In this document: piece by piece, positions 1 to 10,692 of the stretch | Layout of the letters: every line of letters begins with the position of its first letter | How positions within the stretch are numbered: the first letter of the stretch is position 1 | Source of the DNA: Candidatus Sumerlaeaceae bacterium | GTDB lineage: Bacteria; Sumerlaeota; Sumerlaeia; Sumerlaeales; Sumerlaeaceae | Direction of reading: 5' to 3' | Assembly: GCA_051003195.1 (NCBI GenBank) | Contig: JBPCLP010000045.1 | Span: forward strand, 64,001-128,000 | DNA length: 64,000 nucleotides | Program-made: the position numbers and the translations under genes | The notes under the pieces: model-generated | Told to the model about the DNA's origin: nothing | Database searches by the model: none | Seen by the model: the letters and a program-made list of their open reading frames with translations, nothing else

Positions 1-2
1 CT

Positions 3-548
3 TCACCGTTTCTGCTCCTCATCTCGGTCCTGATTAAGGTCGCCAGTCAGCGCTGGAGCGACCCGGTGTTTTATGGGCAGGAGCGCAGCGGACTGCATGG
101 CAAACCGTTCACGCTGTGGAAATTCCGTAGTATGCGTCTCGGCGCCGACCAGCAACTATCGGAGTTGCAGGAGCAGAACGAGATGGAAGGGCCGGTCTTT
201 AAGATCAAAAACGACCCGCGCATTACCGCGGTCGGACGCTGGCTGCGAAAAACAAGTGCCGACGAACTGCCGCAACTGTGGAACGTGTTTCGAGGCGATA
301 TGAGCCTGGTCGGCCCACGCCCGCCGCTGCCAGGTGAAGTCGCTAAGTATGATCGCTGGCAGCGCCGCCGTCTCAGTATGAAACCGGGCATTACCTGCCT
401 CTGGCAGGTGATGGGCCGCAATCAGCTCTCCTTCGACACCTGGATGAAACTGGATCTCGAGTACATCGACCGCTGGAGCCTGCTGCTGGATTTTAAGATA
501 CTTTGTCGAACTGTCTATGTGGTCGCAACCGGCTACGGTGCGATGTGA
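3..548 (+). CDS. Undecaprenyl-phosphate sugar phosphotransferase (bacterial sugar transferase, WcaJ/WbaP-type C-terminal domain); 5' part lies outside the window
   Basis: Frame is open from the window start (SPFLLLISVLIK...). Motifs KFRSM, DPRITAVGRWLRKTSADELPQLWNV, GDMSLVGPRP, KPGITCLWQV, DLEYI. Confidence 0.95.
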   Translation, partial: SPFLLLISVLIKVASQRWSDPVFYGQERSGLHGKPFTLWKFRSMRLGADQQLSELQEQNEMEGPVFKIKNDPRITAVGRWLRKTSADELPQLWNVFRGDMSLVGPRPPLPGEVAKYDRWQRRRLSMKPGITCLWQVMGRNQLSFDTWMKLDLEYIDRWSLLLDFKILCRTVYVVATGYGAM

Positions 549-570
549 TTGATTCACGAATCCCACGAAT

Positions 571-620
571 TGAATTTGGGATTCCTGGATTCTGAATTGC
601 GAATAGGAACTTGCGAAAGT
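571..620. repeat. Degenerate heptamer tandem tract
   Basis: Units tgaattt/gggattc/tggattc/tgaattg/cgaatag/gaacttg/cgaaagt in the intergenic spacer before carA. Confidence 0.45.
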
Positions 621-637
621 GGTGAAAGGCTCCGACT

Positions 638-1822
638 ATGGCCCTGAATAACAGCCTTCCTGCTACGCTTGTCCTGGAGGACGGCACCGTGTTTCGCGGA
701 CGCTCGTTTGGCGCACCGGGCGAAGTGATTGCGGAGATTATTTTTCACACCGGCATGACTGGCTACCAGGAAGTACTGACCGACCCCTCCTATCGTGGCC
801 AGATGGTAGTAATGACCTATCCCCTCATTGGTAACTATGGGATCAATGCATTGGACGAGGAATCACCACGGCCGCAGGTTTCCGGTTTTATTATAAAAGA
901 GCTTTCGAAGGTCGCAAGCAACTGGCGCAGTGAAGAAGGCCTGAGCGACTACCTTGCACGATTCGGTATTCCTGGAATCGAGGGGATCGATACGCGAGCC
1001 GCAGTGCTGCACTTGCGGCAGCAGGGAGCAATGCGCGCCGTCATTAGTACGGAGCGCCACGACGTAAAGAAGCTGGTCGCTGCGTGCAAAGCCGCCCCGA
1101 CCATGGAAGGCCAGAGCCTCGTTTACGATGTGAGCGCGCCCGAAACGTTCAAATTTGCCACTGATCCTCGTGTGACGAAATTAAATACTTCCCTCGGAAT
1201 TGGGCTCGAGCGCAACGGGGCGCAGGCCGGGGGCAACCCACAGCCCCCCATAGCCGATAAGCGCTACCACGTGGTGGCTTATGATTTTGGGGTGAAGCAA
1301 AACATCCTGAACCTGCTGGCTGAACAGAATTTTGAAGTCACAGTGGTTCCGGCCAAAACGGGCGCGGCGGAAGTAATGGCGCTAAAACCCGATGGCGTGT
1401 TTCTTTCGAACGGTCCAGGCGATCCCGCTGCATTGCCAGAGATCGTGGATAATGTGAAACAGCTGCTCGGAAAGGTGCCTATGTTTGGTATTTGCCTCGG
1501 GCACCAGTTGCTGGGGCTGGCCAATGGCGCGCGCACCTACAAGTTGAAATTCGGGCACCACGGAGCGAACCACCCCGTCAAAGACCTGCTCACCCAGCGC
1601 GTGGAGATCACCAGCCAGAACCACGGTTTCTGCGTCGATGCTGCCACGCTGCCTAAGTCCGCCTCGATCACGCACGTGAATTTGAATGACGGCACGGTGG
1701 AAGGTTTTGAAGACGAGCAGAAGAAGTACTTTGCGGTGCAATACCATCCTGAAGCCGCCCCCGGCCCGCATGATAGCAGCTACCTTTTTGATCGCTTCAG
1801 GGAGTGGATCGAACGGGGGTAG
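638..1822 (+). CDS. carA: Carbamoyl-phosphate synthase small subunit
   Basis: [43 protein letters not shown] (catalytic Cys), [12 protein letters not shown]. Confidence 0.98.
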   Translation: MALNNSLPATLVLEDGTVFRGRSFGAPGEVIAEIIFHTGMTGYQEVLTDPSYRGQMVVMTYPLIGNYGINALDEESPRPQVSGFIIKELSKVASNWRSEEGLSDYLARFGIPGIEGIDTRAAVLHLRQQGAMRAVISTERHDVKKLVAACKAAPTMEGQSLVYDVSAPETFKFATDPRVTKLNTSLGIGLERNGAQAGGNPQPPIADKRYHVVAYDFGVKQNILNLLAEQNFEVTVVPAKTGAAEVMALKPDGVFLSNGPGDPAALPEIVDNVKQLLGKVPMFGICLGHQLLGLANGARTYKLKFGHHGANHPVKDLLTQRVEITSQNHGFCVDAATLPKSASITHVNLNDGTVEGFEDEQKKYFAVQYHPEAAPGPHDSSYLFDRFREWIERG

Positions 1823-1967
1823 TCCTACCCTTGAAGCCGGCCCGATGTAAAACCGGTCCAAGCGGCGTTTGCGCGACGTATAGAAAAAAAGTCGTCGTTT
1901 GCCCTTGCAAGTCATGGGTCCCAGCGTAAGGGTAACGGTCATCCCAAGTTCAGGAGGTGATTTTTTA

Positions 1968-2654
1968 ATGAAACGCGGTTTTACTCTTATTGAATTACTG
2001 ATTGTGGTAGCGATCATTGCGATTCTCGCTGCTATTGCGGTTCCCAATTTTCTGGAGGCACAAACACGAGCAAAGGTTTCGCGTGTTAAAGCAGAATTGC
2101 GAACCGTAGCGACAGCTATCGAATCCTACACAGTAGATAACAATACAGAACCGCCGGAAGCTGGCAATGGTCCCGGTGTAGGCGCGTATGCTCCGTTGAA
2201 TCCGTTACTTGGGCAAACTGGGAATTTTACTGGTATTTTAACACCGGCTATCACCACGCCGATTGCATATATGACGACCTTCACTTTTATTGATCCGTTT
2301 TTAACTACGGACCGTGCGGTCGACGCAGATGTTCTTCTGTATACGTACAAGAGCTATCGCGCGGAGTGGCCACTTGACAACCCTCCAAAAGCAGATACCC
2401 AGCCAATCGGTTTTAATGAAGGCTCGGCGCTCAACGGCCTGCGATTTCAGGAACTATACGGCAGGTGGCGTTTGTGGTCGGTCGGTCCAGATCGGTTTTG
2501 GGATAATAAAGCGACGGGAACAAGCCACGTGACGTCTCCGTCCAGTGTTGGACTGCCTTATGATTCGACGAATGGTACTGTAAGTCTCGGGAGCATTCTC
2601 CGCTCTCAGAAGGAACCTGAGCAAAAAACTTGGCAAATCGTAAATGGCCAATAG
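1968..2654 (+). CDS. Prepilin-type N-terminal cleavage/methylation domain protein (pilin/pseudopilin-like)
   Basis: ATG at 1968 after an AGGAGG RBS. Class III signal MKRG/FTLIELLIVVAIIAILAAIAVPNF. C-terminal DPF...WSVGPD motif. Confidence 0.92.
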   Translation: MKRGFTLIELLIVVAIIAILAAIAVPNFLEAQTRAKVSRVKAELRTVATAIESYTVDNNTEPPEAGNGPGVGAYAPLNPLLGQTGNFTGILTPAITTPIAYMTTFTFIDPFLTTDRAVDADVLLYTYKSYRAEWPLDNPPKADTQPIGFNEGSALNGLRFQELYGRWRLWSVGPDRFWDNKATGTSHVTSPSSVGLPYDSTNGTVSLGSILRSQKEPEQKTWQIVNGQ

Positions 2655-2669
2655 TATCCAGTGATATGT

Positions 2670-2703
2670 AAGAACCGGAGCTTTTGCCTCCGGTTCTTTT
2701 TTT
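2670..2703 (+). terminator. Intrinsic terminator
   Basis: aagaaccggag-cttttgc-ctccggttctt followed by a T run, between convergent genes. Confidence 0.85.
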
Positions 2704-2728
2704 AGCCAAGTATCAGTTTTCCGCGTAA

Positions 2729-3970
2729 TTACTCTACAACTATGATCTGGACACTGGGAGCGGGCTCACTTTCCGCCGCATTCCTAGCATTTTCCTGAAA
2801 TGCTTCACGCAACTGGCTGCCCTCGCTGGAAAAGAACGCGACCTGCCCACGCTTCGTGGTGAACTGCACCCGATTCTGATTAGAGAGAACCTGCAGCACG
2901 CTATCATCTGCCGGCACCCTGTACTTTTCCAGTGCGTGCACCATTCTGTCGAGTCGCTGCTGGGATACGCGCAGACGATAAGTACGGTAGCGGTGGCCAT
3001 CGTAGGCGAATTGATTGCCCGAGTGTGCATTGGGCTCAGCAACGGCCGCGTCGTTAAGTTCATTGGCTTTCGGGCGAGCTTCGTGGGATAATTGCGCGAG
3101 AGCTGCGCCCAGTTCGTCCTGCTCAAAGCCCAGCCGCGTTGCCGGATCGGTTGGCCTGAGAACAATCGCGGCAAGGGTAGCTCCGCTCAACTCCGCAGGT
3201 TCCGGATAGTTACCGTCCGCTGCACGTGCCAACGCTGAAATCGTCTCACGCGCCAGCGCCAGCCGGCTATGCAGCTCAGCAGTAAACCGGGTAGCCATGG
3301 CGGCAGGAGCGGCGTTGCGGATGGCGCTGTCCGCGGTGGAATCCTCGGCTGGAATTAAGCGCGACGCCGGAGCCGCCGACCGTACAGCCTGTGTGCTGGC
3401 CACCGTGCTCTCGGCTTTTTCTGAACCCGAGAAGTAAGCCACTGCCGATCGGATGCCCGTCTGAAGTTCACGGGCCAGGGGAATGCCGCGTAAATTGCCC
3501 GTATAGAGCGCCGCCAGCGCGGCGATACCCATGAATATGTAGGCTACATACGGTGAGGCTAAGCGCCACGTACGGCGCACACGGCTGCGGTGCGGCTGAC
3601 GAACTCCTGCAAATGTGGGAATCCCGTTCTTTTCGGACTCACTCAGCGATGCTCCCCCGCTGTCCATTTGTGCGGCAACGGCATCAAGTATGGAGGCGAA
3701 CCGCGGGTCTGTAATAAGAGGCGTGCGCCGCTCGTGCTGTTCACGCATCGCCTGGTGAATGATGTTGGATCGAAGGGTGCTGGGAGCGATAAGCTTTGGC
3801 ACACTACGAAGACGAGCCAGCAGGCGTTCTTCCGCTTCGAGCGTCGCGCGGCACTCGTCGCAGAATTCCAGGTGGTCAAAAAGCGTATCGCGTTCGGCCG
3901 GCGCCAGCTCACCATCCAGGTGACGTTCGAGCAATCGTAGATAGCGTGCATGCTCGTGGCGGGGTGTCAT
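2729..3970 (-). CDS. Zinc-binding (zf-HC2/ZAS) transmembrane anti-sigma factor
   Basis: N-terminal LDGEL...HLEFCDEC (HxxxCxxC), one hydrophobic segment (YIFMGIAALAALY), downstream of an ECF sigma gene. Confidence 0.85.
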   Translation of the reverse strand: MTPRHEHARYLRLLERHLDGELAPAERDTLFDHLEFCDECRATLEAEERLLARLRSVPKLIAPSTLRSNIIHQAMREQHERRTPLITDPRFASILDAVAAQMDSGGASLSESEKNGIPTFAGVRQPHRSRVRRTWRLASPYVAYIFMGIAALAALYTGNLRGIPLARELQTGIRSAVAYFSGSEKAESTVASTQAVRSAAPASRLIPAEDSTADSAIRNAAPAAMATRFTAELHSRLALARETISALARAADGNYPEPAELSGATLAAIVLRPTDPATRLGFEQDELGAALAQLSHEARPKANELNDAAVAEPNAHSGNQFAYDGHRYRTYRLRVSQQRLDRMVHALEKYRVPADDSVLQVLSNQNRVQFTTKRGQVAFFSSEGSQLREAFQENARNAAESEPAPSVQIIVVE

Positions 3971-4058
3971 GGCCTATTGGACAGTAAATCTGCGCTAAGT
4001 GTGCAAAACATTTTAACCTGTAGCCCACAGCGCTCGCAGACGACGGAATTTAATGAAG

Positions 4059-4092
4059 AAGGGCCGCGAGAGAGATCTGTCGCGGCCCCTTG
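4059..4092 (-). terminator. Hairpin/terminator-like element between sigma and anti-sigma
   Basis: gggccgcga...tcgcggccc stem; followed by ttcttcatt on the minus strand. Confidence 0.5.
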
Positions 4093-4122
4093 CTTTGAAT
4101 GCCTAAATGGTTAAATAATCGG

Positions 4123-4785
4123 CTACAGATAATCCTGCATAATGTCTTTCAGCTCGGCACGCGCACGGTGAATACGGCTTTTGACGGTGCCCAGGCTGAG
4201 CTTGAGAATATCAGCAATTTCTTCGTACGCGAGTTCTTCGATGTAGCGCAGAACCAGCACCTCGCGGTGCTCGTCACCAAGGCGCTGAAGGTGTTCTTCT
4301 ACGAACGCCATTTGTTCGCGGTCTGTTGCAACTTTGCGGGGGGTAGGCTGACTGTCCGGATACTGTTTTACGCGCTCTTCGTCGGCGGCATCCATGGGTG
4401 CGTCGAGAGAGGTCGTGCGGTTGAGACCGCGGCTTTGCTGGTATTTCCAGCGGTTTTTGGCGGTATTTACCGTAATGCGATATAGCCACGTGGACAGGGC
4501 CGAGTCGCCCTTGAAATTTTCGATTTTACGGAAGCAGTTGAGGAAGACTTCCTGCGTGAGGTCCAGGGCTTCTTCATAATTGCCCATGAGACGGAAGGCG
4601 GTATTTAGCACGCGGTCCTGGTGCGTGCTGATGAGCTCGTCGAAAGCCATACGATCGCCCGCTTTGCAGCGCTCGACCAACTGGGCCTCGGCGCCAACGC
4701 CAGAGCTGTCAACTTCTGTAAGTCCAAGTACCTGTGATAATGATTCTGCGCTCATAATCTCCCTGTTCCGGGCAATTGCCTGCAC
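4123..4785 (-). CDS. ECF RNA polymerase sigma-70 factor (RpoE/SigW-like); true start may be the downstream Met (MSAES)
   Basis: Region 2 DLTQEVFLNCFRKIENFKGDSALSTWLYRI; region 4 YEEIADILKLSLGTVKSRIHRAR. Confidence 0.95.
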   Translation of the reverse strand: MQAIARNREIMSAESLSQVLGLTEVDSSGVGAEAQLVERCKAGDRMAFDELISTHQDRVLNTAFRLMGNYEEALDLTQEVFLNCFRKIENFKGDSALSTWLYRITVNTAKNRWKYQQSRGLNRTTSLDAPMDAADEERVKQYPDSQPTPRKVATDREQMAFVEEHLQRLGDEHREVLVLRYIEELAYEEIADILKLSLGTVKSRIHRARAELKDIMQDYL

Positions 4786-5045
4786 GGCACCGGCCTCAAC
4801 GGTGTCGCGCCGGTGCGGGTGGCTTGCGCCGCCCTGTTGTGCCCGGCCCTCCTATAGCCTTATTCGCGTATCAATTCGCCACCCTGAAATGCCCGTGTAA
4901 AGGGGAAAATCCTTACGCTTCGGTTGGTCGCTTGTACTTATCCCAGACCGACTGAAATATTTGAATCGCCACTTCGAAGGTGAATCAATATCGGCGCAGT
5001 TTTGTTACGGCAAACGGATTTAGCTAAAGCGAAAGGACCCTTTGG

Positions 5046-5936
5046 ATGGCGGAAATTACCGCACAAATGGTAAAAGAGCTGCGTGAAAAGAGCGGCGCAG
5101 GCATGATGGATTGCAAGAAGGCACTGACCGAGAGCGCGGGAGATTTTCAGAAGGCAATGAACCTGCTGCGCGAGCGCGGTGAAGCGATTCAGTTGAAGCG
5201 CAGTGGTCGCGTGGCCAAAGAAGGTCTTATTGTTGCCAAAGTGGCTGCAGATGGCCGAAGCGGCGCGCTAATCGAACTGAACAGCGAAAGCGACTTCGTA
5301 GCGCGCAATGACGATTTTAAGGCTTTGGCCGATCGCCTGGCGGCCCACGCGCTGAACAGCGGGGCCGATGGTGACCTGAACGAGACACAACTGGATGGCC
5401 AGCAGGTGTCGGAACTTCTAAAGTCGTCTGTCGGCAAAATCGGCGAGAACATTAAGCTGTCACGTTCGGCAAAGCTGGAGACGACCGACGGTGTGATTGT
5501 TTCGTACATCCATCCCCCCGGCAAGATTGGCGTGCTCGTCGAAATTGCGACAGGGAATGGCAGCCATGCGAACGATGCTCAATTCCAGCAGTTCGCGCGC
5601 AGCATCGCCATGCACGTAGCCGCGACTTCGCCGCTGTGTGTAAGCCGGACGGAAGTTCCTTCTGCCGCGCTCGATAACGAAAAAGAAGTGTACCGCAAGC
5701 AGGCGCTGAACGAGGGCAAGCCTGAGAAGATCGTCGATAAAATCGTCGAGGGTCGTGTCGCCAAGTATTATGGCGAAGTTTGTCTGCTCGAACAGGCATA
5801 CGTACAGGATCCCGACCAGAAGGTGGAGCAGTACGTGAAGCAGGCGGGCGGGAAGTTTGGCGGAGAAGTCGGGGTGAAGCGTTTCGTGCGGTATCAACTG
5901 GGTGAGGGCGCGAAGGCCGAAGGCGGGGAAGAGTAA
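5046..5936 (+). CDS. tsf: Translation elongation factor Ts
   Basis: VKELREKSGAGMMDCKKAL, ELNSESDFVARN, IAMHVAATSP, GKPEKIVDKIVEG. Confidence 0.98.
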   Translation: MAEITAQMVKELREKSGAGMMDCKKALTESAGDFQKAMNLLRERGEAIQLKRSGRVAKEGLIVAKVAADGRSGALIELNSESDFVARNDDFKALADRLAAHALNSGADGDLNETQLDGQQVSELLKSSVGKIGENIKLSRSAKLETTDGVIVSYIHPPGKIGVLVEIATGNGSHANDAQFQQFARSIAMHVAATSPLCVSRTEVPSAALDNEKEVYRKQALNEGKPEKIVDKIVEGRVAKYYGEVCLLEQAYVQDPDQKVEQYVKQAGGKFGGEVGVKRFVRYQLGEGAKAEGGEE

Positions 5937-6150
5937 CCACAGAGCCTCAGAGGCACCGAGGAAACACAGAGGTGCGACAACAGAACTAACGGTGACTTGC
6001 ATGTACTGGGGCGCGAGGTCCTCGGAAAAGCCGAGACCTCGGATTATAGATTCCGAACAATAGCTTGTTAGAAAAAGGCCGCGAGAAACGTTTTTCTCGC
6101 GGCCTTTTTTCCCCTGTGACTACTCTGTGTCTCTGTGCCTCTGCGGTGAA
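5935..6150. repeat. Imperfect inverted repeat made of ~8-9-nt CAGAG/CTCTG units bracketing the tsf-gyrB spacer
   Basis: Left arm aaccacagagcctcagaggcaccgaggaaacacagag (5935-5971). Right arm ctctgtgtctctgtgcctctgcggtgaa (6123-6150). Confidence 0.7.
6072..6110. terminator. Bidirectional intrinsic terminator (tsf/gyrB)
   Basis: aaaaaggccgcgagaaa-cgtt-tttctcgcggcctttttt: perfect stem with A and T tracts. Confidence 0.9.
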
Positions 6151-8784
<2,634 letters not shown>

Positions 8785-9421
8785 TTAGTAACTAACTGCT
8801 TTCTATGGGTGATTAGTTTGCGCCGGGTCTAAACCCTACTTCCATGCATTCGGGCGGCGCAAGAAGAAACGCAACCAACTCTACCTGAACTAAGCCGGAT
8901 CTATTCAGTTGGTTACACTATTTACACCATTGTAATAATTAGACTTGCGTATACACTCCAACCTTCTTTGCGGCATAGAAGTAATTACTCTCCGACGGCT
9001 TGGAAAACGGGGGCATTTTACGCCCTGATCGCAAACGTTTTGCTTCGCGACACTGCTTCGGCCGAGCGCAGCCGCTTTAGTACATGAAGTGGCGCAATGC
9101 GAGTCAGCGGCAGGTCTATTAAGGCCCGTCTGCATTCCTTTTGCTGGAGCTCGAGCACTTCGGTGATTGGCACCTGATCTCCGGAGGACCATCAATGGTC
9201 CGAACTGCACAGCCATTTGGGAAACCTTATGCACTTTCAATTTACGACCCCTCAAGTGGTACCTCGAGTGCCGGCAAAATCTACCGCAGCCGCCGTGAAG
9301 CCCCTGGTTCCACCGTGGGTTTCTGGCTCTAGCGCAGCATAATTTCCTCTCGATAAGTCCGCATTGACAGCATTTTAGCGTATGTGCAGCGTAGCATCTT
9401 TGATTATTTGAGGGGAAGAAG

Positions 9422-9823
9422 TTGGAACTTAACGACCTGTTTACAAATACGGCTACTCTGATTGCGCAGAATGGTGGGGGTCCCGCACCGACACCAGGTG
9501 GCGGATTAATGCAGATGCTGCCGATGCTGGCCCTTGTCGGCCTGGCGTTTTATTTCATGATTTTGCGTCCGCAGAAACGCGACCAGCAAAAGATCCAGGA
9601 CATGCGCGGTGCTATTAAAAAAGGCGACCGGGTCAAATCCATCGGCGGAATCTACGGAACCGTCGCTTCAGTGGATACCTCTCGAAATGTAATTACTGTG
9701 CTCGTGGACAAGAACGTGAAGCTGGACTTCGACCGCGACGCTATAGCCACTGTGATCCGCAAGGAAGACGCGGCGTCTGACGCTGACAGCAAAGTTGAAA
9801 CTGCAGTGGCTGCATCGAAGTAG
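9422..9823 (+). CDS. yajC: Preprotein translocase subunit YajC
   Basis: FYFMILRPQKR...IKKGDRVKSIGGIYGTV; upstream of secDF. Confidence 0.95.
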   Translation: MELNDLFTNTATLIAQNGGGPAPTPGGGLMQMLPMLALVGLAFYFMILRPQKRDQQKIQDMRGAIKKGDRVKSIGGIYGTVASVDTSRNVITVLVDKNVKLDFDRDAIATVIRKEDAASDADSKVETAVAASK

Positions 9824-9837
9824 GCGGGCGGTATAGC

Positions 9838-10554
9838 ATGTCGTCCATTCAGGACATCCAGGATGTAAAAGCCCAGGCAGGGTTGGATCCCGCACGTGTA
9901 ACGGTGGAGCAGATCCGGAAGCACCCGGAGGTGCGGGCACTCATCGATCTCGCAGACGAATACCTGAACACCATTGGGTACACGGACCACGGTATCACGC
10001 ACGTAAGCCGAGTCGCTACGCGCGCATACAAGATACTCAAGGAGCTTGGCCGCCCCGAACGGGAAGCCGAACTGGCGCAGATTGCCGGCTATCTGCACGA
10101 CATCGGCAACGTTGTCCACCGGACAAATCACGCACAGTCGAGTGCACTCATGGCAATACCCATGCTGTCTAAACTCGGTATGTCGATGACTGAAATTGCG
10201 GTTGTTGCCGGGGCAATTGCAAACCATGACGAAACGGTCGGCGAGCCAGTGTCTAACCCCAGCGCTGCACTGATTCTCGCCGACAAGTCTGACGTGCTCC
10301 GTTCCAGAGTACGCAACCCCAAGATGATCAGCTTCGACATCCACGACCGGGTGAACTATGCTGCGGAAAAGAGCGAAATGTCGATGGATCGCGACAATCG
10401 TTTGATCACGTTGAAGTTAACAATTGATACATCCATAAGCCAGGTAATCGAATATTTTGAGATTTTCATGAGCCGCATGACGATGAGTCGCCGCGGTGCA
10501 AATTTCCTGAATTGTGACTTTCGGCTGATCATAAATGACGTTCAACTGATGTAA
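9838..10554 (+). CDS. HD-domain phosphohydrolase
   Basis: GYTDHGITH, GYLHDIGN, ANHDE, LADKSD. Confidence 0.9.
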   Translation: MSSIQDIQDVKAQAGLDPARVTVEQIRKHPEVRALIDLADEYLNTIGYTDHGITHVSRVATRAYKILKELGRPEREAELAQIAGYLHDIGNVVHRTNHAQSSALMAIPMLSKLGMSMTEIAVVAGAIANHDETVGEPVSNPSAALILADKSDVLRSRVRNPKMISFDIHDRVNYAAEKSEMSMDRDNRLITLKLTIDTSISQVIEYFEIFMSRMTMSRRGANFLNCDFRLIINDVQLM

Positions 10555-10692
10555 ACACCCCGATGTGCGTATAGCATTGACGTTTGGCCCGCAGCCGCAT
10601 TTTCAGCAGCTTCGAGTTAATAAGCTCCAAAACCTAAATAAAGACTACGACCCGACTGAATCGCGTGATGCAGGCGGCAACACAGGAGTACC

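Noticed and set aside
8785..9421. gyrB-yajC spacer as oriC or a hidden gene
   Set aside because: I saw no clustered TTATCCACA DnaA boxes, and the short ORFs lack motifs and RBS.
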